Shown: positions 8,228 to 18,792 of the stretch, piece by piece | How positions within the stretch are numbered: position 1 is the stretch's first letter | Layout of the letters: every line of letters starts with the position of its first letter | Source: Chrysochromulina tobinii | Taxonomy: Eukaryota | Direction of reading: 5' to 3' | NCBI GenBank assembly: GCA_001275005.1 | Contig: JWZX01002477.1 | Location: 1-34,171, forward strand | Length of the DNA: 34,171 nt | Position numbers and translations under genes: made by a program | The notes under the pieces: generated by a model | What the model was told of the DNA's origin: nothing | Databases searched by the model: none | The model's input: the letters and a program-made list of their open reading frames with translations, nothing else

Positions 8228-9798
8228 TTAGAGCTTTCCTTCGAGGAACGCATTGATCATCGCCAGCGCATGCGCAGGCTGGTCGCGAGGCACTGTGCGC
8301 CGCGAGAGTGCACAATGGAGGTGAGAGGGCCGGCACAGGGGGGGGGAAGAGGAGTTACAAGCAGGACACTCAGGGCGGTCTCTCCTGGCCTCGTCGCAGT
8401 GGCGGGGAGGGTCTGGGCAAAGGCTGGGAGGGGGTGGGCAAAGGCGAGGATGGGCTGGGGCCCAAGGGTCTGGCAGTGTCCCGTGGCGTTCGAGAGCGCC
8501 GTTCTGAGCGCACCCATGTGGCCCGCGTCGTACACACGCAGAAAGGAAAAGTTAGCCGCCGTCTGCAGCGTGCCTGCAGGGGTGCCTGAGACGTTCCACA
8601 AGGTTACCGGCGCCGCGTTGAACTCGTCCTTGTGCGCCCACTCGAGCGCGCGCGTCCAGGCCTGGTTGCCGAGCCAGTTGCAGATGAAGTCCTGATCACC
8701 TGCGTACATGAGGACGCGGATGCCGGCGGAGAGCTGGTCGGGCAGCTTGTCCTGAAATGAGTGCATCCAGTCCCCCTCGAGCTCAAACTCGATCGCGACG
8801 GCGTGGTTGCAGTCCTTCCACTTGTGCTCTCCGTCGACGCCCAGCGCCTGCTGCACGTCCGGTCGCGACAGGTACACGCCAACGTTCGAGAAGTCGTAGC
8901 ACAACGGAGGCACTTCGCACTTCTCGCGCATGTCGTAGGGGTTGAGCCCCGTGAGCGAGTATGGCTCGATGAGGCCGAGATTGCACACATCCGTGGCGAG
9001 GATGCACGTCTCGGGGATGCCCTTGTCGCAGCCGCGGATGGCCTCCTGGCACGGCGGCACCGCGGCCTTCATGATCTCGTACGTCGCATTCGACACCGCG
9101 GGAGCATGGCCGTTGGATGAGATCGCCATCTCCGGGTAGTACCCGTACTGAACTTCAGGGTTCGTCAGCCCGTTGCCGACGGAGGTGCCCTTCAGGTTGA
9201 TGTACAGCGCGCCCGAGGGCAGCTTCGTGTTCATCTCCCACACCTTGTGCGTGACTGCCGGCACGTAGTGCCCAGCATAGCTCTCACCCACCACAAAGAA
9301 GGGGTTCTGCTTGTACTGTTGGTGGTTGCGGTAAAACTGCTGCAAAAAGTCGTACATATCGGCTGCGACCGTGTCCTCGTTGTGGTCGTACCCCGTGCCC
9401 CACGAGAAACCCGTTCCAGTTGGCTGGTCTATGTACAGCACGTTTGCCTGTGTATTCCATGAGTAATCATTGGTGATCGTCTGGGTACCCTGCTTGTTGA
9501 TCGAGCACGGGCCATTCTCGCCAAAGAGTGCGACCTCCGACGAGCAGCCTGGTCCACCCGTCATCCACATGACGACCGGGTCGGTTGATGGAGTGCGACG
9601 CGACTCAAAAAACCAGTAGAAATAATTCTTGCTGCGCCCCACCGTGCCCGTGGAGAGGGTGTAATAGCCGGAGTACTGCTTGACGGGATCGCACAGTGTG
9701 GCACTCGCGTTTGCTGCGTGCGTCTTCTCGCGCAAGGTGCCGAGCAGCGTGTACGCGGGCGTCGGCACCGCCGAAGAAGCGAGCAGAATTGACATCAT
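8228..9798 (-). CDS. Serine carboxypeptidase, peptidase family S10 (CPY-like), 449 aa; exons 9798-8514 and 8292-8228
   Basis: Motifs WMTGGPGCSS, YIDQPTGTGFS, GESYAGHYVP (Ser), GDQDFICNW (Asp) and YDAGHM|VPRDQP (His, completed by splicing); ends AHALAMINAFLEGKL-TAA. Confidence 0.95.
8293..8513 (-). other. Spliceosomal intron (221 nt, phase 1) in the carboxypeptidase gene
   Basis: Donor ATGG|GTGCGC, acceptor GCGCACAG|TGCCT; removal restores the conserved GHMVPxDQP motif. Confidence 0.93.
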
Positions 9799-9957
9799 GA
9801 ATTGATGAGGCCCTTTTAGGAAGGGAAAATGGATGGCCGCGGCGGACCGAGCATCGTAACGCAGCGCCCCGCAACTCGACCGATGTTTCCCCAAATGCGG
9901 TCTCCGAACTTCACTTTTGTGAACGCGTCGTGTCGGTCTTGGCGGCGGAAAGACGAA
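9799..9957. promoter_or_regulatory. Probable bidirectional promoter (~160 bp between divergent ATGs)
   Basis: Carboxypeptidase ATG at 9798 (-) and MAP2K ATG at 9958 (+). Inferred from geometry only. Confidence 0.55.
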
Positions 9958-11340
9958 ATGCCATTGCGCTCGGGGCTCGCCGCCCTCACCATCCAGGACG
10001 ATGAGTCCGTGGATCTGGGCGCGACGTCTCCTCCAGCGCTTTCCCGCGGCTCGTCCTTCGATGTTTCGCTGAACGATACATTCAAGGCTGGCGGCGGCAC
10101 CCCGCTGGACTCAACCATCCGGCTGCGACCAGAAGGCATGGAGGTGAAGGGCGCACAATTCTCAGACATCAGCCTCGCAGATCTTGACAAGGGCAAGATG
10201 CTTGGCAAAGGCGCGTCGGGTCGCGTCTTCCTGGTGACGCACCGGAGGACAAAGGAGCAATACGCGCTCAAGCAACTGACTGCGCTCGCCGATAAAGCAG
10301 CGCGCCACCAAGCCCTGAACGAGCTGCGCATCGCTACGAATCACTGTGGCAAGGCCGAGGACGGAAAGACGGAGCATCTCGTGCGGCTCGTCGATGCCTT
10401 CTTCCACGAGGGCAACATCAGCATGCTCATGGAATTGTGCGACGGCGGCTCGCTCGACGACCAGCTGAGACTGTCGAGGGAGCAAGGGCAAGCAGCGACG
10501 ATGCCGCTCGCGCCGCTCGCGTACCAGATCTGCACGGGCGTGCGCTACATGCACGAGACCATGAAGCAGGTGCACCGCGACCTCAAGCCCGCCAACATCC
10601 TGCTCACCTCCGAGGGCGTGGTCAAGCTGACCGATTTTGGCGTCTCGAAGCAGCTCAATTCAACCGACGCCTTCGCGATGACACAGGTGGGCACCACCTC
10701 ATACATGTCGCCCGAACGGCTCAAGGGGAACGACTACACGTACCCGAGTGACGTGTGGTCCGTGGGCGTCATCGTGCTCGAGATGCTCCGGGGAGCACAT
10801 CCGTTCAACGGAACGTCCTTCATGGCTATCTGCAAGGCGATCTGTGAAGAGCCCCTCCCGGCACCACCCGACGGCACCGCGCCCGAGCCTGTGGCGTTTG
10901 TGGACGAGTGCCTGCAGCGCGAGCCGAGCGCGCGCAAGAGCGCGGGCGCGCTGCTCGACGGTGAGTGGCTCAAGCCACTGCGCCACCGCGACGTGCGCCA
11001 GGCCGTATTCAAATGGCTCATGGGATCCGCCGCCTCGGCCGCCATGACATCCGCGGCCGCCAATGCGGAGATGAAGAGGAGGGCGCGCGAGATGGCGAGG
11101 CGTGCGATCGCCTCCTCCTCGGACGCGCCCCTCGACGGTGACGACGATCTCTTCACCCCCCAGGGTTTCGTCACGCCCACATTCACGGTGACGCCCCAGC
11201 TGGTGCAGGCGTCGTGCGCCGCCGCTTCGGAAGGATATGCCGAGGACGGCACCGCCGATGGTATGAAGCAGACCTTCGTGGCCGCCCGGCCGGATGGCGG
11301 AGACAGCCACGGCGCCCGACGGGTCAATTGGCAGGAATAG
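9958..11340 (+). CDS. MAP kinase kinase (STE7/MAP2K family), ~460 aa
   Basis: LGKGASGRV, YALK, HRDLKPANIL, DFGVSKQL, activation loop STDAFAMTQVGTTSYMSPER (S/T-x5-S/T spacing), DVWSVG; N-terminal MPLRSGLAALTI resembles a docking motif. Start at 9958 preferred to the upstream ATGs at 9829 and later. Confidence 0.9.
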   Translation: MPLRSGLAALTIQDDESVDLGATSPPALSRGSSFDVSLNDTFKAGGGTPLDSTIRLRPEGMEVKGAQFSDISLADLDKGKMLGKGASGRVFLVTHRRTKEQYALKQLTALADKAARHQALNELRIATNHCGKAEDGKTEHLVRLVDAFFHEGNISMLMELCDGGSLDDQLRLSREQGQAATMPLAPLAYQICTGVRYMHETMKQVHRDLKPANILLTSEGVVKLTDFGVSKQLNSTDAFAMTQVGTTSYMSPERLKGNDYTYPSDVWSVGVIVLEMLRGAHPFNGTSFMAICKAICEEPLPAPPDGTAPEPVAFVDECLQREPSARKSAGALLDGEWLKPLRHRDVRQAVFKWLMGSAASAAMTSAAANAEMKRRAREMARRAIASSSDAPLDGDDDLFTPQGFVTPTFTVTPQLVQASCAAASEGYAEDGTADGMKQTFVAARPDGGDSHGARRVNWQE

Positions 11341-12176
11341 GGAGGGAGCTCCCACAGAGCGGTGGGCTCGCCGTCTTCGGCGGCGTCCTTGGCGGCCGCG
11401 CGCCGGATCCAACGGGCGCAGGAGCGAGCGACGCGCCTGCCGTCGCCGAGCGCTGCCACCTCGCCCGACCGTGGCCGTCGATGACGCCACCACTTCGCGT
11501 GCCACTCTGTGGGAGCCTCCTACCTAGGGTATACCGAGCCTCGCGGCAGGACCCTTCATGCCACTGTGCACACTGGATGCACTTCTGATGCACTTCTGAG
11601 TGCAGCGGCGCAGCGGCACCGCGTGCAGGCTGGACACGGTCTGCACGCGGTCTTACGACGAGTAATTTAGGACCAATAGCCAGCCCCAGGTGAGTTTTAC
11701 GTTACGTTGCCTCAAGAATCACGCTTCTACGGATCAGGAACGGCGAACGCTCCGCCCGCGCGGCGTCCGGCTCGCGCGCCCCCGTCGCGTACAGTCCGCA
11801 ACGGCCAACGCTCTCGCGCCTCGGTGTAATGCCCGCACGAGCTCGAGCTCACCGGCGAGGAAACGTCCGCGCCGCGACCAGCCGGACCGGGTGTCGACGC
11901 CGCACTGCGAAGCGTGAAGGCACGACCCCCCGTGCCGATCGCCCCGCGGGGTCCGGGGACGTGCTGGGACAAGGGACCGGACGAGGGACGCCCGCTGTGA
12001 CGCGCGGTCACCCGGCCGGCGAGTGCAAGAGACGGCCCCTCACACTCCTGCACACGCAGCTATGTGTCTGTGTGATTTCTAACACGCTAGGTCTATGGTC
12101 ATCGTATAGGCCGTTGAGTCAATCACCGACCGACACCGCCGTTCGGTTCCCTACGCGACCGCGCTGCCTCACATCG

Positions 12177-13349
12177 TCACATGACAATTGCTGCCCGACA
12201 CAATGGGCACAGACACGGTCCATACCCACCCACGCACGCCCTAAGTATGCGTTGCGGGTTCCAGTTACCCTCACGAGTTGGACGGACACTCAGATTCATG
12301 AATGATTTATAGCATGGCATGACGCACATCTTATGGCCACATGCCAGAATCCTCACATCTGCACTCAGTGGCTCAAGACATATGGGGCATCTGTCTTGAG
12401 CCAGCACCACCACCGCCGCCTCCGCCGCCGCCGCCGCCGCAGCAGCAGCTATTAGTCCTCTCCATGGAGCATCTCCCGGAGATTGGACCTCGTTGGAGAT
12501 TGGACCTCGCTGGAGATGGGATATCCATGGAGCATCTCCCGGTTGCGACCTTCCTCGCCGACTCCCACGTGCTCCTTGCGTCCCGTCTCGCATCGTGCTC
12601 GAACGCAGTGCTCTAAACAGCCCCACCAATCGTACGACGAGGCCAGCCATCGCAAACAACACCATCGAGAGCAGGCAAGCGAATCGACCCATCTCGCCTT
12701 GGAGAGCGGTGGCCTTCCATCCAGTGGCTGCATGCGTGTGTAAGGTGGTGCCTTGGGGCGGCGGCAGCGAACTTGGCGGAGGCGACGAGGAGTGCGTCAG
12801 CGATGGCGGTGGCAAAGGCCGCGGTGGCGAGGGTGCGGACGGTGGCGCCAGCGGTTGAGGGGCGGTTGACTTTGGCGAGGGCGGCGAGGACGTGTCGGCC
12901 GAGATGCTGCCAGGAGTGGACGGCATCCGTGGAGGCGGTAGAACCAGATGCGGCGGCGGCAATTGCATGGCGTGCGATCCGCAGTCCGCGCAGTCGGTGC
13001 CGTAGGCGCACACTGGGAACTCGGAGCAGCCAACTGAGGCATAAGCTAGCATTCCGACGCAAGTGACAGCGCTGATGCAAAGGGCAGGGGGTGCCGCGGG
13101 TGCCGGAGATGTTGACGGTGCCTGCAGCTCACGGCGGTGGCTAGGCACAAGGGACGCCGCGGCGACGCTGCCCACGATCGACCCAAGTTGATACGTGGGC
13201 TGCACAGATTGTCCCACCGTGCCGCTCAGCTGGAGGAGGAGCAGAACAAATGTGAGCCTCGAATGGCGGGGTGAACCGACTCGGATCGCACTCGACAGCT
13301 TGCGCGCGGCCGGCGTGGCCGGAACGATTGAAGGTGCGAGTGCTGTCAT
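12177..13349 (-). CDS. Predicted single-pass membrane protein with C-terminal RING (C3HC4-type) domain, probable E3 ubiquitin ligase, 390 aa
   Basis: Hydrophobic LTFVLLLLQLSGTVG, Cys motif CAYGTDCADCG, Pro/Ser stalk, TM segment FACLLSMVLFAMAGLVVRLVGLF, RING CPIC..CGHKMCVMPC..CPLCR. Confidence 0.75.
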   Translation of the reverse strand: MTALAPSIVPATPAARKLSSAIRVGSPRHSRLTFVLLLLQLSGTVGQSVQPTYQLGSIVGSVAAASLVPSHRRELQAPSTSPAPAAPPALCISAVTCVGMLAYASVGCSEFPVCAYGTDCADCGSHAMQLPPPHLVLPPPRMPSTPGSISADTSSPPSPKSTAPQPLAPPSAPSPPRPLPPPSLTHSSSPPPSSLPPPQGTTLHTHAATGWKATALQGEMGRFACLLSMVLFAMAGLVVRLVGLFRALRSSTMRDGTQGARGSRRGRSQPGDAPWISHLQRGPISNEVQSPGDAPWRGLIAAAAAAAAAEAAVVVLAQDRCPICLEPLSADVRILACGHKMCVMPCYKSFMNLSVRPTREGNWNPQRILRACVGGYGPCLCPLCRAAIVM

Positions 13350-13572
13350 CCAGTCGTATGAGCGCGCGCGCCGTGCGTGCCGGCGTCGAGTGGCTCAGAA
13401 GAAAGTGAGCGAAGAGGGCAAGGAAAGCGAGCACCTCGCTCGGTTATGTAACGCCGGGATATACATGTATCAACAGCCTTCCCGCCCCGCAGCGACAGTG
13501 ATGAATTCATACAGAAGCGCTCCACGCTGCCGTGTTGAACAATTCACACCTCTTCACACTCATCAAGCAGCG

Positions 13573-15928
13573 ATGGCACTTTCGGCTAGGCTGCTTCTCG
13601 CCTTGGCTGCGGCCGCAGCCTACACGCCACTCGCGACCTTGCGACGTGCTGCGCTGCCGCCAGTCCAGCTTTTTCATCCTCGCAACCGGCGCTCGCCCGC
13701 TCGTCCGCTCGCTGTCGCGCCGGTCGACAAAGAGCCGCTCAACGAGGTCGACCTGATGGTGATGGTAGACAGATGGCAGCGCGAGGACGAGCACCGCCTC
13801 GCGAGCGCGGCGGCGGCCCTGCTCGTCGAGGACGCGCCGCAGATTCGCAACGGCGCCGCCACTGCCAACGGCCGGCGAGCGTCCAAAGGCAGCGGCGCGT
13901 ACCAGCAGCGGCTCGTGGAGGCGGAGGGCGACCCAGCGGACAGGAAGCCGAGCGTCGAATATGACCCGATCCGCGCGGCGGCGCGCTTCGCCGCACAGCC
14001 GATGGCCGTGCTCAGGCGCCAGATGGAGCTCATCGGCCCGCTGCTCGGCTTCCTGTCCAGGGTGATCCTCGACAAGAGGGCTGGCAAGGAGGCGGAGCAC
14101 CGGGCCGCTCGCGCCGAGGAGCTGACCGAGCTGATCTCGTCGCTCGGCCCGGCGATCATCAAGGCGGGCCAGGCGCTCTCGTCGCGCTCTGACCTGCTCC
14201 CACTCGAGTACCTACAGAGCCTCGAGCAGCTGCAGGACCGCGTGCCCCCCTTTCCGACCGCGACCGCGTACAGCATCATCCAGGCCGAGCTTGGGGCACC
14301 TCTCGAGAGCACGTTTGCCTCGATTGGGCCGGAGCCGGTGGCGGCGGCGTCGCTCGGGCAGGTGTACCAAGCCGTGCTGGCCACCGACGGCACGCGCGTC
14401 GCCGTCAAGGTACAGCGGCCCAACGTCGAGGCGATCATCGCCCTCGACCTGTACATCCTGCGCTCGTACTCGCTCACGCTGCGCTCACTGCTGCAGCTGC
14501 TCGGCCGGAACATCGACTTCGTGTCGGTCATCGACGATTTTGGGCGCCTGATCTACGCGGAGGTCGACTACGAAGTCGAGGCCGCCAACGCGCGCCGCTT
14601 CGATCGGCTCTACGGTGCACTCCCAAACGTGTCATCGCCCCGAATCTATGACAAGTTCTCGACACGTCGGGTGCTCACGATGGGCTGGGTGGACGGCGTG
14701 CGTCTCACGGATCGCGAGGCGCTGCTCGCCCGCGGGCTCGACCCCGCAGCGCTCGTGGACACACTCGTGCAGTGCTCGCTCCGCCAGATGCTCGAGCATG
14801 GATTCTTTCATGCGGACCCGCATGCGGGCAACCTGCTCGTCACCGACGCGGGCGAGCTCGTCTACCTTGACTTCGGCATGATGAGCTACCTCGCACCCAC
14901 GCAGCGCTACTCGCTCATCGAGGCGGTCGTGCACATGGTCAACCGCGACTTTGGCGCCCTCGCCGAACTCTACCGCAATCTCGGCTTCATCCCGCCGGAG
15001 GAGGACATCGGCCCGATTGTGACCGCACTCAACGCGGCTCTGCCCGATGTCCTCAACGCCCCCGTCTCGGAGCTCAACTTCAAGTCGGTGGTGGAGCGGC
15101 TCGGCGACGTCATGTACAAGTTCCCCTTCTCGCTCCCGCCCTTTTACATCGCCATCCTGCGATGCCTAGGGGTGCTCGAGGGCCTCGCGTTGCAAGTGGA
15201 TGATAAGTCGGCCATCATCCACGACGCGTACCCTTACATTGCGGCGAGGCTCCTCACCGATCGTTCGCCGCAGCTGCGGCGCGCGCTGGTGACGCTCATC
15301 TTCCGCGACGGTGCGATCCAATGGCACCTGCTCGAGGGGCTCCTCGACAACGCCGCGGGCACGCGCGAGCTCGACCTGCTCGCCGCCGCCGAGCAGCTCT
15401 CCGACTACCTACTCTCGCCCGAGGGCTCGCCTATGCTCGAGCGGCTCACCGACGAGATTGTGGACGAGATCGACACGCTCGGCGCCGAATCGGGCGCCTA
15501 CCTCTACCAGACGTTCGGATCGTTCGCCGCGCAGCTCGTGGCGGAAGGTGGGCCGGCGGCCACGGCGGCTGCGGCCGCCGCTGCTGCCGCCGGAAGTGGC
15601 AGCAGGAGGTCCAGCACCAGCACCAGCACCAACTCCAGCACCAGCGACGCACTCGCAGGCATGGCGGCCGTGGCAGCGCGGCTCGCGGCCGAGCACACTG
15701 CGCTCAACCCGCCTACCGAGCGCATCCGACGCGCCATCCGCGTCCTCGAGTTACTGCAGCGCTCTGCACGCGGCGGCAGCCTTGAGCTCTCGAGGATCGG
15801 GGCGCTCGCCACGACGCTGCTCGCTCAGGAGCGTGTGCAGCGCCAGCTCGCGGACGTGACGCTGCAGCTCGTCGAGCGCAGCGTCCGGCGCGGTATCCAA
15901 TCCTTCTTTGCCATGGACTGGAGTAACC

Positions 15929-15986
<58 letters not shown>

Positions 15987-16407
15987 TCCGCCGCCGCGGC
16001 GAGCGAGGCCCCCACCGTCGGCGACGCCGCCACCGCCGCCACCGCCGCCACCGCCGCCACCGCCGCCTCCGCCGCCTCCGCCGCCGCCAGCAACCACGGC
16101 GACGGCTGGCCCGCAAACTGGAAAGGCGGCTGCTGCGGTAACGGTCGGCCATGAAGCCGTTGCCTTGGAAGCAGCGGCCAGCTTTCTGAAAGCTGAGGTT
16201 GCAGCGGCGCACCATGCGCATGACGCCCAGCATGACGCAGCACTCAGCTGGACGTACGCGGCGGCGAGACGCGAGGCCTCAGCACCTGCATCGAGTTGGG
16301 CGTATGAGCAATGGACGTCGAAAGCAGTGAACGTCGACAGGGTGAGGAGCGCTCAGGCCTCGCGAATCGGACAAGACGAGAGATGGATGTATGCTGCGGA
16401 AGGATGA
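13573..16407 (+). CDS. ABC1K/UbiB (ADCK) atypical kinase, probably plastid-targeted, ~944 aa
   Basis: KAGQ (KxGQ), AAASLGQVY, VAVKVQRP, FFHADPHAGN and LDFGMM motifs. N-terminus MALSARLLLALAAAAA-YTPLATLRR looks like a signal peptide plus aromatic-initiated transit peptide, so ATG 13573 is preferred to the ORF-track start. Confidence 0.92.
15934..16089 (+). repeat. Two polyproline-coding tracts, 21 codons each
   Basis: 15934-15996 (nearly pure CCG) and 16027-16089 (CCG/CCA/CCT mix). Confidence 0.9.
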
Positions 16408-16713
16408 GAGTTGCGAGACTTGTGACTCCTGCGAGAGGAGACAAGCACGTTCAGGATCCCCAGGCTTTGACGACTATGTGTCACTAGTATAATTTAAGCA
16501 AGACAACGCACTGAGACGTCCGCGCACCTCCACCCTCAGGGTCCGACCCTGCTCGCCCATACGCCGCCGGTGCGGGACGAGCGTCATACATCGTGTCTTT
16601 GCATCTCAGAGCGGAGTGAATAACTCGACTATAGAGCCGCCCCGAGTCGCATTCGCAAGTCCCATGGCAAGTTCCCATACTCCACAACAGCCACCACGCA
16701 CTGGTGCGCAAGT

Positions 16714-18555
16714 TCACGTTGAGGGCGGCCCGTTGCAGTCGCACCCGAGCGTTCTGTTGCAGCAGATGCCGTACTCGCCTTTCTTCTCGCCGGGGCCATC
16801 TGGAGCTGGGTCCGAATGGTACGGCACGATATCCTGCTTCACCTTCTCGTAAGCACTCATGATCGTCGCGATCACCGAGGCGAGGTGGGGGTCCTTGGGA
16901 GTAGTCGTGTTGACAGAGAGCGGATGCGCCTCCGATGGGTCGACCTGCCAAATTAGGACAGAAACTTCCAGATGAGGGAGGAGCTCACAGGCAATCAGTG
17001 TCCATCGACGCCGCACCTCGACATTGAAGAGGAGCGGCCCGTTGCTGCATTGCAGGGTCGGGCACCCCACGGGGGCCGAGGGAGAGACGCCGCACCCACT
17101 CAGGCCAGGCCCCGTAGCGAAGTGAGCCTTGTACGGACCAAACCGGGCGGCGGAGGGGCTGTTGCCATCGTTGCCTGCCTCGGCGCCTCCGTAGAAGAAG
17201 AGGATGTCGTGAAGGGACTTGCCGGACTCGTTGAAGAGGATGGACTTGAAGTCGCGCCCGTCGTACACCCGATCCGTCGGCAGCGGAACCCCCGCCAGAC
17301 CAAGGACCGTCGGGAAGACGTCCATGGAGGAGACGATCTCCGCGGAGCGCGTGAAAGGCTCGATGACACCAGGCCAGTGCGCAAAGCCCGCCTCGCGGAT
17401 GCCCCCCTCCCAGGTTGACCCCTTGCCGACGTTCCAGTACCCGGCGTACCGCGCCGACAGAAGCCCCTCTGACCCACCCGATGTGCCCTGGACCAGCCAC
17501 GGGCCGTTGTCCGCTGTGAACAAAATGAGCGTATTGCCCTCGATGCCGTTGGCCTTCAGCCGCTCAGCGACTTGCCCCACGAGCGTGTCGATCTCGGCGA
17601 GCGCGTCGCCAAAGGCTCCGCGGCGCGTAGCGTTCTTGTGCTCGCAGTCGCAGTACCTGAGGGGAAAGGGCGCCGTGTTGAGCAAGTGCAGAGGTGGGCT
17701 CTGCCGTGGGTGAGGCGGCGGGGCGCACTGCTTCTCAGGCTGATTGTCCATGGTCGTGTGCACGTGCGAAAAGGGGAGGTAGAGGAAGAAAGGCTCATCC
17801 TTATGTTCGTCGATGAAGGAGGTTGCAAACGTGCGGTATTGCGGAGACAGGTTTGTAAGGTCGACCGGCTGCTCAAGGACGGTGGTAGTCACGGTGCCGT
17901 CGGCATTCTTGCGCTGCTCCACGAGGGGCAAGAAGTCGCCGCCAGGGTCGTCCGCCTCCCCGGCGCTCAATGGCCGCGCCAAGCCCGCCTCCACGTATGG
18001 CTTGATCGCGGACTCTGATGCCGATGCACCGGGCCGTTGGCTGAAGCCGGATGTGCCGCCGCCCGGCTTGTCGCATGGCGACGCGCGTGCCTTTCCCATA
18101 TCATCGCTGAAGGGTATGCCCAGGTACGCATCGAATCCGCGAGCCGCTGGAAGGTACGCCTCGCGTTGGCCGAGATGCCATTTTCCGCATGCCCCGGTCG
18201 CGTAACCCGCTGTCTTGAGTTGCGAGGCAAGCGTCGTCTCGTTCAACGGAAGCCCGCTGTCTGTGGTTTGGCCGAACACGCCCGGGATGCCCATCCGAGA
18301 CCACTGGCGGCCCGTCATCAACGACGCGCGCGAGCACGAGCAGACCGGGCAAGCGCTGTACCAAGTAGTGAGGACCTTGCCGCTGAACGCCAGCTTATCG
18401 ATTTGTGGAGTCTTGGTCGTTGGATGGCCGGTAAAGCCCGTGTCTCCGTAGCCAAGATCGTCGACAAAAAAGAGCACAACGTTCGGCTTATCAAGTGGCG
18501 CTCGCGCCGCCGCGGACGTGGCAAGGACGCCACACAAGAAGAAGCTGCGCTTCAT
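16714..18555 (-). CDS. Arylsulfatase (formylglycine-dependent S1 family, ARSA/ARSG-like), secreted, ~565 aa; exons 18555-17729, 17656-17017, 16944-16714
   Basis: Signal peptide MKRSFFLCGVLATSAAA; PNVVLFFVDDLGYGD, CSCSRASLMTGR, GKWHLG, FTADNGP, GKGSTWEGGIR, PLLFNVE|VDPSE. Confidence 0.93.
   Translation of the reverse strand: MKRSFFLCGVLATSAAARAPLDKPNVVLFFVDDLGYGDTGFTGHPTTKTPQIDKLAFSGKVLTTWYSACPVCSCSRASLMTGRQWSRMGIPGVFGQTTDSGLPLNETTLASQLKTAGYATGACGKWHLGQREAYLPAARGFDAYLGIPFSDDMGKARASPCDKPGGGTSGFSQRPGASASESAIKPYVEAGLARPLSAGEADDPGGDFLPLVEQRKNADGTVTTTVLEQPVDLTNLSPQYRTFATSFIDEHKDEPFFLYLPFSHVHTTMDNQPEKQCAPPPHPRQSPPLHLLNTAPFPLRYCDCEHKNATRRGAFGDALAEIDTLVGQVAERLKANGIEGNTLILFTADNGPWLVQGTSGGSEGLLSARYAGYWNVGKGSTWEGGIREAGFAHWPGVIEPFTRSAEIVSSMDVFPTVLGLAGVPLPTDRVYDGRDFKSILFNESGKSLHDILFFYGGAEAGNDGNSPSAARFGPYKAHFATGPGLSGCGVSPSAPVGCPTLQCSNGPLLFNVEVRRRWTLIACELLPHLEVSVLIWQVDPSEAHPLSVNTTTPKDPHLASVIATIMSAYEKVKQDIVPYHSDPAPDGPGEKKGEYGICCNRTLGCDCNGPPST
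16945..17016 (-). other. Spliceosomal intron (72 nt, in-frame, no stop) in the sulfatase
   Basis: GAG|GTGCGG donor, CCTAAT branch-like site, TTGGCAG|GTCGAC acceptor; removal gives LFNVEVDPSE, matching the sulfatase LFxxxxDPxE motif. Confidence 0.88.
17657..17728 (-). other. Spliceosomal intron (72 nt, in-frame, no stop) in the sulfatase
   Basis: AAGCA|GTGCGC donor, pyrimidine tract CCCTTTCCCCTCAG|GTAC acceptor; removal gives QPEKQYCDC. Confidence 0.82.
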
Positions 18556-18792
18556 AAGGCCGCCCCGTCTCCTCGACGCGAGCGAGGAGAGCGCTCGGGG
18601 CCCGACCAGGACGCGGGTGTCCAATGACGAAACCGAGAACTCCACACCTGAGACTCTTCGTAGACTTCACTGCCTGTGAACATGTGGCTTCGCTGCCTGG
18701 ACACATGTGTAACACAGCGGTTTTCCACGGTCCACATGGAAGTCATCCTCATCCTCATCCTGGACCAGCGCAGTGCCAAAACATCCTCATCC

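Noticed and set aside
15713..16243. Poly-Arg, poly-Gly and poly-Ala ORFs here and at 33513-34071
   Set aside because: Alternative frames of (CCG)n proline tracts.
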